Source of the DNA: Magallana gigas
Lineage: Eukaryota
Reading direction: 5' to 3'
Assembly (NCBI RefSeq): GCF_963853765.1
Contig: NC_088855.1
Span: 1,426,001 to 1,490,000, forward strand
Length of the DNA: 64,000 nt
Under the pieces are notes generated by a model. It did not search any database. It was not told where the DNA came from and was given only the letters and a program-made list of their open reading frames with translations. The position numbers and the translations under genes are program-made. Shown here in pieces: positions 49,527 through 62,272 of this stretch; position 1 is the stretch's first letter; the number at the start of each line of letters is the position of its first letter.

Positions 49527-50825
49527 CAGCTAATATCTCCAGTGTTGTTTGATTTTTCTGATCTTCCGTTAATGTCATAGTTATAAAGGTTAATAACAGG
49601 TTAGGGAAAAGAAAATTCTAAACAGCGTGATAATCATTTAACAGTTTTTGTTTTTAAGGTTGAATGTCCCTCTGATAAGAGAGATAACTTCTGTAGAAAA
49701 TAATCTCGCTTTGTTTCTTTTAACTTACAATTATTAAGGCATTAAGGGAAGCAGTGCTGGGCCCTAATTTATGTTGGAAGGCGACATTTATTTAATATTC
49801 AATTGTAAAAAAAAAGATGAACGAAACGAACTGAACCCAAACATTTGGCAAGTGAAAAAAAGTAAAGGAAACTTTTACCAAAAAAAAAATCCAAGAAGCG
49901 ATTCATATATATTACAATCATATCAATTACTGGAAGATCATTCATTTGATCCCCTTTTTTGTTATAACAAAATGCTCTTACGACTTGTTTACATTTTTAG
50001 CTTTTCTAAAACATATGGATCCAGTTACATGTACTATCATCTTATCAAAATTTTCAAAACAAAAAAACCTTTCTGATTAATTAGAATCTGTGGCAATTTA
50101 TCATGTACTGTATGTAAAACATGTATGTTAAACCTTCAATAATCTATCATAATGAGTAATAACTCAAGCTAATTGAAGCATTTTTTGTTACAAACCCATG
50201 CAACAAAGTGCTATTCTGAACTAAAAAGCAGCGCTTCATTATGTTTCCTAATATGAATTGGCAGTGGTTATAACTATATATTATTTTCATATACAGTTAA
50301 TATTTTTAATTTTATGCTTCGATAATAAAAGTTTGCCTTTTCTGTACACTATGTCTAGTTTTCTTTATATCATGATTAGACACATTATCAATTTTTGACA
50401 AATCTAGCAGCGCTTCATCACTTCAACTTTGTTTCATTTGAATCTATTGATATTGACTTTCATGAAAATCAGTATGAAATTTTCTAAAAAAGATATGGTA
50501 AAATTAATAGCAGAGGGATATTACACCGTAAATTCTTGCAATAAGTCATTTTATCCTAAGCACAATATTACTGTTTCTTTTAGGGAAACTAATAAATGTT
50601 TGTCTCCTGAAGCCCACATTGTTTAGTGTTTACCCCTACAGACAGCTGTACAGGTATTGGTCAGTTCTCTATCCAAAGCCATTCTCTATGTTTATACCGT
50701 TTTCTTAAACCATCTATTGTATGACATAAAGCTTTGATTGTAGCATTAGTTTTTACTTCAGATAAACTAGGTCAATGAACTACTTTTTGAAATTCTGGCC
50801 ATTGAATATATTTTGAAAAGGACTA

Positions 50826-51222
50826 TATATGATATGGGCCTAAAATGGCCCCCTAAAATGAACATAGTCTTCTCTCAGAAAACATAGATCGCTGCATGCT
50901 TGAACAAACAAAATATTTTAGTCAGCAATATGTCTGGCCAAGACTAATAAGTGACAAAAAGTTTTCCTTGTTCAAGCATGCGCTCTTTATTTCCCATTCG
51001 TAAAAAGATAGGAAAAATGCCAGTTATTGACCGATTTTGATTGTATTGTAGAAATTGCGTCACTTCTGACGTCATATACTGCAAGTGAGTGCAAATAAAT
51101 CAAATAAATAAGTGAAAATTATATTTTATATAAACTGTTCTAAAAAATAACACAACATGTTATTGTACCCGAAACACTATTAAAAATGGCGAATTATGGG
51201 AGCAAAATTTAAAATCATATTA
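50826..51222. mobile_element. Degenerate MITE-like repeat
   Basis: atatgatatgggcctaaaatggcccc at the left end, weak inverted match (gggagcaaaatttaaaatcatat) at the right end. Confidence 0.4.
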
Positions 51223-52668
51223 TATATAAAGTTCTTTCAAAAATATCCCTCAAAATTTCACATTATGATTGAGGTTTTTTTTTAACTGTGTGAAAAAATT
51301 TAATGGAATTCTAGCATGCGTTCGACCTAAAATTGCCAGGAAAAAAATTGATGAAAACTTCAACTTTAGAGAATATATTGCTATTCATAAATACAATAGG
51401 CTATGCTGTATTCGACCTCAGGACCTACGGACAAGCAGACCATTTAAGGAATGAAATCAATGAATTCAAAATTTACCCAATTTTTACGAGCATAAACTGA
51501 TTATTGACAGTTTACGCTTTATGAAACGAGAAGCAGTTTATAAAAAGGCGTAAATTCTTTGAACCCAGCTTTTATGAGTATAAATTGGGTATATATACAT
51601 GTTGCTAGTTGAATTCACTCCGTATAAATTAATTTTTGGCTATCAGATATAACTGAAGAGACTGCATAAATCTTGGAATTTTATACACAAATGGTTTGGG
51701 GGTAGAGACCTTTTGAGACACCGACATAATTTCTTTCCCAAATCCCTTATATTATATAATTTCTATTTATTTATATTGGCCAGTTGGTTCTATTAAAGAG
51801 GTATATAAAATATATGTATATTACAGAAGGACAGATAACAAAGTGAGCTCAAACAGAACTTTTTTATATGAACAAATACATATAGGTTTCTACACACAGA
51901 ATTAAAAAAAAATAAATGTATAGTTTTTTGTCTTCTATTTAATTATCGTTTAGATCACCATAATTTTTTATCATGATACAACACTTCCTTTAATGGTCAT
52001 GCATTCTAAATAAAAGTACATCTACCATACAGCTTAGCAAAAAGTTATTTTAAACAGATTCATTTCATTTCAGATTACAAGTGCATTATAATTTCTTGAT
52101 ACATGAAATTCCTGTTCGAACCAGTTAAGCTGCGGAGTTTTAGAATTGAACTTCCATGAAAATTAAAAAAAAAAGACACCCACCCTTAACGGACCAACAA
52201 TCCCTATGTTATAATTGTAGAAAACTGTGATATTTCACAGTTAGAAATCAGTTTCGTCAATATTATTAAATTTTTCTAGTCTTAGTTATAAAGGTAAATG
52301 GCAGGTCAGGAGGAAAAAATTCTAAACAGCGTAGGTTTTGTTTTTAAATTCTTACAAAAAGTCATTTTATCCTAAGCATAATATTACTGTTTCTCTTAGG
52401 GAAAACAATAAATGTTTGTCTCCTGAGCCCACATTGTTTAGTGTTTACCCCTACAGACAGCTGTACAGGTATTGGTCAGTTCTCTATCCAAAGCCATTCT
52501 CTATGTTTCCATACCGTTTTCCTAAGGAGACTGGACGGTCAACCAATTAACCATTAGATCTACCTTAAATTATTATATATGATTTTTAAAACTATAAACT
52601 TTTATATCTTGTAAAGAAAAATTCCATTTACTCTGTTAAAAATATAAAATATTCAGAGCTCTTCTTAA

Positions 52669-52998
52669 GGTGGAATAACACACCTGGAAAAAGTCAGTCA
52701 AATTAACAGGAATTTTTTTGATAATGAAAGATATAATGATAAATAAACTGTACAAATGTCAAATAAGCGAAAAATTTGCAGTTTGGGGATAAAAAATGAA
52801 TATCTAAAATAATTACTCCAGAAAGTAACATCAACAGTCCCGGTGGTATTCGAACTCGGGATGTACGGATCACAAGTCCGACACTTTATCCACTCGGCTA
52901 TGGAGTAAATAATGTTTCGATCCATAAAATCTTTTTAATAAAACGAAATGTCGTTTCGATCAGCGGTCAGCCATTTTGTGATGATGTGTTATTCCACG
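52669..52998 (-). mobile_element. 330-bp TTAA-flanked (Kolobok-like) element with tRNA-like core (52838-52903)
   Basis: TTAA on both sides, TIR gtggaataacac/gtgttattccac; minus strand tagccgagtgg...cgga-cttgtga-tccg...gagttcgaat. Confidence 0.8.
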
Positions 52999-53147
52999 TT
53001 AATTAATATAGTCTGAATTAGCCACGACTGTCAAACCCTCTTGAGGAAAAACTATAAACATTTATCTACTAATGGCTTTTAATTGTCACAATTTTTGCCT
53101 CTGAAAAATAGCTTTACAGGTATTGGTCAGTTTAAATATCAGACTGG

Positions 53148-53274
53148 TGTTCGACTATCAATCATTGGCAGCAGTGGTTCAGTGGTTACATCAGAGGTAT
53201 GCCAGAGGTCCTGGGTTCGAGTCTAGATTGAGACTCGGCTTTTCACCACCTGTTACAATTGGCGCCTAACATGG
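53148..53274 (+). mobile_element. Degenerate tRNA-containing LTR followed by a primer-binding site
   Basis: A/B-box-like agtggttcagtgg / gggttcgagtc, LTR end ...cctgttaca (53257), then tggcgcctaacatgg (13/15 match to the Lys-type PBS TGGCGCCCAACGTGG). Left boundary uncertain. Confidence 0.6.
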
Positions 53275-53821
53275 TTTAAAACTGAAACTGCGTTAAATTT
53301 TTACAATATGAAAATGACACTCGGAAAAATGTTGGTAGCCTTTTCCTTACAAGGTTTAGTTAAATATATAATTAGGGGTGTCAACGAGTATTCGAGTACT
53401 TGACTACCGCTCGCTAACGACGATCATAAAGTAAACTTTTCTCTGTTGATTTCTCGTAAAAAAAATACAAAAAATCGAAACATCTGATCATTTATTCAAC
53501 ACCTCAGGTTTTTGGGCTACAAATGAAATTAACGTTTGTCTTTTCTGGGCAATTTTGATCCATTAGTTACAGTCTTTTCCATCGGTCCCCCTGATGTAAT
53601 TATAAGCGACTAATATACTGATGTAATTTGAATTAAAATACTTAGGCATACACGTAATTAGGGATATCACTTTGATGTTTCTTTTTATGTTAAGTATCAA
53701 TTCATTAGTATTTAGATTAGATGTTTTTTTAAATTAAAAATTTAATATATCAATAATTATATCATGGTTTTTATTATAATAAATTAAAGCAGTTCAAAAA
53801 AACATTGAAAAAGTGTCACCT

Positions 53822-53826
<5 letters not shown>

Positions 53827-53859
<33 letters not shown>

Positions 53860-55310
53860 ACAACAATAGGTATGGTAAAATCAGCATAACAGAGTCATAA
53901 TTCAAACTATCTTGGCAATGTAGTATAATACATGTAGATCCTGTATAAGAGTCCATTTTTTACCTGGATATTCTTATGTTTATAATCAAGTCCCTTTTCT
54001 AAAAGGATGATTTTATAGTCATATCACCTGTTGAGCATTGTAATTCTTAAAAAGATCCTAAACAAATGTTTATATAAAGGATATAAACATACATCAAACT
54101 CTGAACCCCTTGTGAGGCCCAAGAATCGTCCAGGGGCCAACGTCTTATCAATTGGAGGGAATCAGCAATCTGTCAAGACGCTTGCATATAAGTAAAACCA
54201 TATATCATAACATTTCATTTTCTGTGAATAATTAAAATATTTTCCTTCATAAAATCGGAATCTTAATGTGGCCCCACCATACACCTCAAGATTTTGATTT
54301 GAAAGAATTTAAATCAACATTATCTGAGGTTGCTTTCAATAAGTTTACAGCTTTTCTGGGCAAATGGTTTTTAGAAAGAGATATTTTAAATTTTTTCTAT
54401 TTATATTATGTAAATTTTTGCGACCCCCCCCCCCCCCGGACCCGGGGACCAAGATTCGAACAACTTGAATCTACCCTACCTGAGAATGCTTTCACACAAG
54501 TTTCAGCTTTCCTGGCTGATTAGTTTCATGGGGGTCATGATTTTCACAGCTTTGTATCTACACTATAATGATGTTCCACACAAGTTTCAGCTTTCCTGGC
54601 TGATTAGTTTCTGAGATAAAGATTTTAAAGATTTATACTATATTCCTATGTAAAAGTTTGACCCTCTCATTGTGGCTTCACCCTCCCTAGGAGTCATGAT
54701 TTGCCCAAATTTGTATCTACACTACATAAGGATGCTTCCACCAAAGTTTCCGCTTTCCTGGTTTATTAGTTTCTGAGAAAAAGATTTTTAAATTTATACT
54801 CTTTATATTCCAATGTAAATCTTTGACCCCCATTGTGGCCCCATCTTAACCTCGGGGACAATCATTTTCACAGCTTTAAATCTACACTACATGAGGAAGC
54901 TTCCAAACAAGTTTCAGCATTCCTTGCTGATTGTTCGGTTTGCTTTGAGAAGAAGATTTTTAAAGATAAATAATAATAATAATTGCAAGTTTTTATATAG
55001 CGCTTTTAAAATTGGCGAACCATCTCTCAAAGCGCTTTACAATTATTACCCCAGCAGACCTTAAAGCATTCCAGAGCCTTCTCTCTATATATTCTATGTA
55101 AAACTTTGAGTCCCCATTGTGGCCCCACCTTACCCCCGAGGACAATGATTTGAACAAATTTGAATCTACATTATCTTTTCTGGCCAAATGGTTTCTGAGA
55201 AGAAGACTTTTGAAAAATATCAACAAATTTTCAATAAATCCTAGTTATCTCTCCTTGAAAAAGAGCATGACCTTTCATTTAAACAAACTTGAATTCCCTT
55301 TACCCAATGC

Positions 55311-55342
<32 letters not shown>

Positions 55343-55460
55343 TGTGGTTCTGGAGAAGAAGTCGAAAATGTAAAAAGTCTACAGACAGACAGACGGACGG
55401 ACAGACGGACAAAAAGTGATCTGAAAAGCTCACTTGAGCTTTCAGCTCAGGAGAGCTACA
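53827..55460 (+). mobile_element. Helentron/'pearl'-type element with degenerate ~166-bp satellite units
   Basis: acaagaggcccatgggccacatcgctcacctga start; (acag/acgg)n; terminal aaaagctcacttgagctttcagctcaggagagcta hairpin. Confidence 0.85.
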
Positions 55461-55754
55461 AAGGGTCCGTCATCTAACAAAACACCTGAGCATGAAATAT
55501 TCTTGTTATTGTTCAAATTTCAATTATACTCAATAATGATTCCTTATTCCTAAAATATATTGTTTATACAAGTAAAGTTGTCAGTATTAGAATTGAATTT
55601 CCAGCAAACTTAAAACCTTACAATCCTTATGTTTTAAGCGTAGAAACTAGATAACTGAGATTCTACAGTGAGGAATAAGTAATTTCATAGTTTTAAGGCG
55701 AATGTCAGGTTAGGTAGAGAGAATAATCTAAACAACGTAATCAGCATTGAACAA

Positions 55755-56090
55755 CTTTTTTATCTCACCTGAAAAACCAAATAATCTTTTCCGATCAATT
55801 TTTGTCTATCGTCCGTCTGTCCGCCGTTTGTAAACTGTTCATGTTTTTCTCTTTTTCTTCAGAACAGCTGGGTTAATTTCAACTAATCTTGGCCTGAAGC
55901 ATCCTAAGGTGAAGGAAACTCAATTTTATTAAAATGAAGGACCACACACTCTTTCAAAGGGAAATAATTAAGATTCATTGAAAAATTGTTGGCATCTAAA
56001 ATAAAAAAAATCCTATCAAAAATCGTTTAAGCAGGAAAACTGAATTTGTGTAAAAGCATCCTAGGGTGGTGCAATATTAAGTTTGTTTAA
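55755..56090 (-). mobile_element. Degenerate reverse-oriented fragment of the same Helentron-type family
   Basis: tttttatctcacctga...tccgtctgtccg...tgtaaac resembles the reverse complement of the family 3' end. Confidence 0.55.
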
Positions 56091-56310
56091 GTCTTTAAAA
56101 ACTCTTATTTTCACCTCAACTGAACATGAGATGTTTCTGTCAATTAAAGAACAAACATTTTCCATGCCCTAGTCTGTGAAAACACTACGAATCAAATTTG
56201 TACAATACATTTCATCAGTGATGCAAATGACGTTACTGTGGAACGCAAGCGGTATTTGCATGATTATACAAAGTGAAAATTATATAAAAATGTCAATAAT
56301 TTCACACTTC

Positions 56311-56482
56311 AATAACAATTGCTGAAAATTATAAAAAAATAAGTAAAAGAGAATCATTCTTTGAATATTATGAGGGGTTCGGTACGGTCAGGGCATGTGA
56401 TCAAATCTATCGTAAAGCCCTTTGGATTTGATCACGCCCAACCTTAATGAACCCACATTGTACTCAAATGATTCCTTATTCG
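56311..56482. mobile_element. Short copy of the 44481-44911 family
   Basis: gaatcattctttgaatattatgagg...tgatcaaatc...aaagccc...tttgatcacgccc...tgattccttatt. Confidence 0.6.
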
Positions 56483-56639
56483 TTAATATGATTCTTTATT
56501 CCTTAAAAAGAAAATGTTTAAGGACCCTCCACACCTTTTGGAAGTTTCGTATACAAACTAGTGCAAACTTCTATATTCCTCATCGTCGGTAACCCACAGT
56601 TGATTCCGAAGACCAAGAATTGTCCAGTGGCCAAAGTCT

Positions 56640-57098
56640 AAACAATTTTAAAGAATCAACACTATGTCAAAATGATTTCATATAAGTAAAACCATGTATT
56701 ATAACTTTTGAGTTTTGGTGAATTTAAAATGTTTTCCTTTGTAAAATTGGACCCCCCCATGTGGCTCCAACCTACTCCTGAAAAATATGATTCTGACAAA
56801 TTCAATCTACACTACATAGGTTGCTATTACTAATGTTGGACCTTTTCTAAGAAAATGTTTTTTTAGAAAAAGATTTTTTCTCAATATTTTCCTTTGTAAA
56901 GATTCAACCCCTCCCCATTGTGCCCCTACCCTACCTCCGGGGATCATAATTTGCCAAACTTGAATCTACTCTACCTGATGATACTTAACACAAGTTACAG
57001 CTTTTCTGGCCAGTCGTGTTCTAAATAGTACAGGACGGATGCCGGACAAAAAATGATAAGAAAAGCTTACTTGAGATTTCAGCTCAGGTGAGCTAAAA
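56640..57098 (+). mobile_element. 3' fragment of a Helentron/'pearl'-type element
   Basis: Satellite-like units, then aaaagcttacttgagatttcagctcaggtgagctaaaa. Confidence 0.7.
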
Positions 57099-57283
57099 AC
57101 TGAATGATTAAAACAAACACATAATTTGAAAACATTATTTAATGTATTTACATGAGCATATAACCATTTCAAATGAAAGATTTATTTATCAAATGGATAA
57201 AAAGAATGATATATAACAAAAACAAAAAAACAAAGATATATTACATTGTACACTTATAATAATTTTTCTTGAAGTAATAAATA

Positions 57284-60085
57284 ACAAGAGGCCCATGGGC
57301 CACATCACTCACCTGAACAGCAGTTCCTTGTAACATTACATTTCGTAGCATATGCTTTTTCTATTTTAAACATTGAACCCCTTTCTGGGGACCCAGTAAT
57401 GGTCCGAGGTTTATGGTTGGCTTGAACAACATAAATAGTAACATAGGAATGAAAATGTGTAGCACTGCGGTGGGACCGCACGTACACAACCTGAAAAACT
57501 GAACGTAGAAGAGTTCCACTTCAAGAGGAATAACTCTCAGACTGTACAGAACATTAAGAAAGATAACTCTTGGTTCCACTACATTAGAGTTTACACAATT
57601 TGAGGATCCTTGCATAGTAATCTCACAAACTGTAGCATTATAGTTCTCGAGAAGAACTTTTTAAAAACATTTTCAATATATCTTTCTATGTTAAACTTTG
57701 AACCCCTTTTGGGGCCACAGTATTAGTCCAGTGCTAAAGTTTTAATTATTTGGAATCTACATTATTTAAGGATGCTTGCATAGTTATCTCACAAGCTGAA
57801 GCATTATAGTTCCCTAGAAAAAGATTTTTCAACATTTTCCCTCTATATTTCTACGCTAAACTTTGAACACCTCTTGGGGCCCCAGTATTAGATTGAGGTC
57901 ACGGCTTTTATAATTTCGAATCTACACTATCTGAGGGTGCTTACGTAGTTATATGACAAATTGATGCATTGTAGTTCTCGAAAAGAAGATTTTTAAACAT
58001 TTTCCATATATACCGGTACTTCTACATTTAACTTTAAACCCATCTTGGGTCCCTAGTATTAGTCCAGGGGTCACTAATTTAAAACTGTCGAACCTTCATT
58101 ATCCAAGGTTGTATGCATGATAGTAATCTCACAAATTGAAGCATTGTAGTTCTCGAGAAGAAGATTTTTTAACCTGTTACCTTTATATTTCTATAATAAA
58201 CTTTGACCCCATCTTGGGGCCCCATTATTGGTCCGGGGGTCACGATTTTACGAATTATGAATCTACCTAAGCGAAGGATGCATGCATAGATATTCCACTA
58301 ACTAAAACATTGTAGTTCTTGAGAAGAAAATTTTTAAACTTTTCCTTTGTTTTTTAAAATGTTTAAATTTTGAACCCCTCTTGGTGCCCATCAATTGTCC
58401 GGGAGTTACAATTTTTTGAATCTACATTATTTAAGGATGTACATGTATGCATAGTAATATCCCAAACAGTTGCACGATGGTTCTTGAGAAGATTTTAAAA
58501 CATTTTCCTATATATGTTAAAATCTAAACCCCTCCTGGGGCCCCACTTTTGTTCGGGGGTCACGATTTTTTCAATCTTCACTATATATACAACCTTTTGT
58601 GTATGTATTGGCATTTTTGGTGAAGTGGTTGTTGAGAAGAAAATTTTTAAACATTTTTCATATGTAGTTCTATGTTAAATTTTGATCCCCGCCTGGGGCC
58701 CCAGTTTTGGTCCGAGGGTCACGATTTTTACAATTTAGAATCTTCATTATACATACAAGCTTTTGTGTAAATATTGGCATTTCTGGTGCAGTGGTTCTTG
58801 AGAAGAAGATTTTTAAAACATTTTCCTATGTATTTCTATGTTAAACTTTGAACCCCGCCTGGGGCCCCAGTTTTGGTCCGAGGATCACGATTTTTACAAT
58901 TTAGAATCTTCACTATATATACAAGCTTTTGTGTAAATATTGGCATTTCTGGTGCAGTGGTTCTTGAGAAGAAGATTTTTTAAACATTTTCCTATGTATT
59001 TCTATGTTAAACTTTGAACCCCGCCTGGGGCCCCAGTTTTGGTCCGAGGGTCACGATTTTTACAATTTCGATTCTTCACTTTGTATACAAGCTTTTGTGT
59101 AAATATTGGCATTCCTGGTGCAGTGGTTCTTGAGAAGTAGAATTTTAAAACATTTTCCTATGTATTTCTATGTTAAACTTTGAACCCCGCCTGGGGCCCC
59201 AGTTTTGGTCCGAGGGTCACGATTTTTACAATTTAGAATCTTCATTATACTTACAAGCTTTTGTGTAAATATTGGCATTTCTGGTGCAGTGGTTCTTGAG
59301 AAGAAGATTTTTTAAACATTTTCCTATGTATTTCTATGTTAAACTTTGAACCCCGCCTGGGGCCCCAGTTTTGGTCCGAGGGTCACGATTTTTACAATTT
59401 AGAATCTTCACTATGTATACAAGCTTTTGTGTAAATATTGGCATTTCTGGTGCAGTGGTTCTTGAGAAGAAGATTTTTTAATTATTTTCCTATGTATTTC
59501 TATATATGTTAAACTTTGAACCCCGCCTGGGGCCCCAGTTTTGGTCCGATGGTCACGATTTTTACAATTTAGAATCTTCACTTTATATACAAGCTTTTGT
59601 GTAAATATTGGCATTTCTGGTGCAGTGGTTCTTGAGAAGAAGATTTTTTAAACATTTTCCTATGTATTTCTATGTTAAACTTTGAACCCCGCCTGGGGCC
59701 CCAGTTTTGGTCCGAGGGTCACGATTTTTACAATTTAGAATCTTCACTATATATACAAGCTTTTGTGTAAATATTGGCATTTCTGGTGCAGTGGTTCTTG
59801 AGAAGAAGATTTTTAAAGACATGCACCCTATACTCACTGTTTCGCAATTATCTCCCTTTTGAAAAGGGCTGTGCCCTTTATTTTAACAATTTATAATCCC
59901 CTTTCCATAAGGATGCTTTGTACCAAATTTGGTTAAATTTGGCCCAGTGGTTTTTGAGAAGAAGTTGAAAATGTGAAAAGTTTACAGACGGACGGACAGA
60001 CAGACGGACGGACGGACGGACGGACGACAGACAACGGGTGATCAGAAAAGCTCACTTGAACCTTCGGTTCAGGTGAGCTAAAAAA
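57284..60085 (+). mobile_element. Helentron/'pearl'-type element carrying about 15 units of 166-bp HindIII/Cg170-like satellite
   Basis: Same 5' box as 53827; ggggcccc recurs at 58695, 58861, 59027, 59193, 59359, 59529, 59695 (166-bp period, one 170); AAGCTT in the young units; (acgg)n; terminal hairpin. Confidence 0.92.
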
Positions 60086-60465
60086 ACACTATAACAACAA
60101 TGGAGAAATGAGTACTTGTATAAAGAGATCAATAATTCATCACATGTCAAATATTGTAAACATTTACTGTAAATTGCTTACAGGGCATACTGTAAATCAT
60201 ATAAAGGATATTCATATACAGTATATACTATTTACAGGACATACTGAAAACTTCTAGAGAATATTCTTTAACAAGATGAACTGCTAATTACAGATACACT
60301 GTAAATTTCAAACAAGACATTCAAAAGCAAGATACATTTATTCTGTAAATTATGTACACATATTATGTAATTTCTTTACTTGATATGTAACAGTTATCTG
60401 CAAATTATCACAATAAAGGATTCATTAAATCAAGCTTTGGAATTTTGAGAGGAACCAATTACACG

Positions 60466-60720
60466 TCTATAAATAGCTAGCATCTCTTAGGGCCAAAATC
60501 GGCCTCATCTCAAAAAAGAATCATATTTTTGGGGTTATATGCTGAAGAAATCGAATTCTCAAAAACACCGGGGTCATGTTTCTATACATTTCAATACATT
60601 ACTTTAAAATTATTGAATTTTAGGGTTGATTTTGGCCCTTAGAACCCCTAGCTGACTTTTGCTGTCCATCTCAAGACACGATGCCTCTGACGAAGTGAGG
60701 TGTGTGAAACTCATTTATAG
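60466..60720. mobile_element. MITE-like inverted-repeat element
   Basis: ctataaat / atttatag ends; tagggccaaaatcggcc / ggttgattttggcccttag internal inverted pair. Confidence 0.45.
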
Positions 60721-62272
60721 GGACTGGATGGTCAACAATTTAACAATCAGATATACATTAAAATTTTAGAGATAATTTCTATAGCCATAAACTTTTATTT
60801 AGTAAAGAAAATTTCTAGTATTTTAGCTTTAAGAGTTGCATAATTTCCTACATTTTTATACAAAGCTCTTCTTCAACAGGAGATAAATACAGTCAAAAAA
60901 TGGCCACGACCATCCAGCTCTCTTAAGGTGCAATAATTGACAGAGGACTGACTTTGTTAAGACATGTAACATGGTGATCACAAATATACATAATGATATA
61001 CACATAACAAAGCTCAGTGTTGCTTGGTAACGGTATTACGAAGGGAATAAAGTCTTAAAGGTTCAAATATTACATCAAAGATGTTCTTGGTTGATAAAAT
61101 GCGTACATTGTATAATGTCAATTTATGGGACAAAAGAACAGTGAAATATTATTCATTGAATTCTATCACAGTTAGACATCACAATACATGTATATACCAG
61201 CATGAAATTCTTGAAAAAACAATTCTTCCTTTAGGAATGTTTTGTGACAAGATTGATATTGGTCAGTTGTTTCTACAGAAGACTTAAACAAATATTTTAA
61301 GATGACAAATATTTTTTTGTTTTTTATAAAGTTTCAGATTAATTTTTTGAGTCAACATCATTCATTCATAGTTGTACATTTACCTGTCCAGCAATTACAA
61401 GTTAACAATTGGGAGTATAATTGCAGCTGTACTTCTTGGGTAGATATATTGTATATCATCCCATTGGCCTAAAAAAATGCAATTATGACTACAATTATAT
61501 CTTTTTTAGAAAAACTGATATATGTCACAGCGGATGCGGTTATGATTAGGGATTATTTACAGGAAACATCATTTTCTCAGAAAAATAAAATACTTAAATC
61601 TCCAGGTAATGTCATAGCTGCAAAGGTGTATAGCAGTTTAAGGAGAATGATTCCTGTTGAAATAAATATCAGATTGAAAGTGAGTATAGTTCAACACAGT
61701 CAGTGCCATATTGTGTTTTCATCAGTGTTCACTGAATACCAATTTTCACAGATTTTGTTGTCAAATCGATCCATGAAAATATCATGGCTTGATGATTTAA
61801 AAATTACCCTTTAGATCTACTTTAAATTTTGAATATGAACTTTGTAGCTAAAAACTATTATTCAGTAAAAAAAAAAATCCAAATAAGCAAGCATTAAATT
61901 TGAATATTTCCCACTATCTTCATACAGGGCTCAGCGCTCTCCGTCTCAAGGAGATCAAAATAGTCTCCAAATGCCCACGACTATTGAGCTCTCTTAAAAG
62001 TTCACAAATGTACAATTTCTAACATAAAATTTTATATTGACAGGATCTTTGACCAGGCATCTCATAACCTTCTTCATATTTTGACACCCATCAATGTTAA
62101 TGAAACCACAGTATTAGGTTGTGGTTCCTCTTTTCACAGTTTTTACTCCCCAGGGTTATGCTGGGAGTGTGGTATCAGCAAGTATACATGTACTCTGTAG
62201 GTTCCTTTGATAAAAGTTTCTATTTGCTATGGCTATACTACTGTTACTGTGATAGAACTCAGTTTGTTCTAT

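Noticed and set aside
52838-52903. Functional tRNA-Thr gene
   Set aside because: Acceptor and T stems do not pair properly and it lies inside a TIR element; kept only as tRNA-like.
53373-53420. hAT-like terminus (taggggtgtcaacgagta)
   Set aside because: No matching second terminus or 8-bp TSD found.
54266-59614. ORFs at 54266, 54993, 55117, 57305, 57361, 59411
   Set aside because: Chance frames within satellite monomers; no Rep/helicase motifs, so the elements are non-autonomous.
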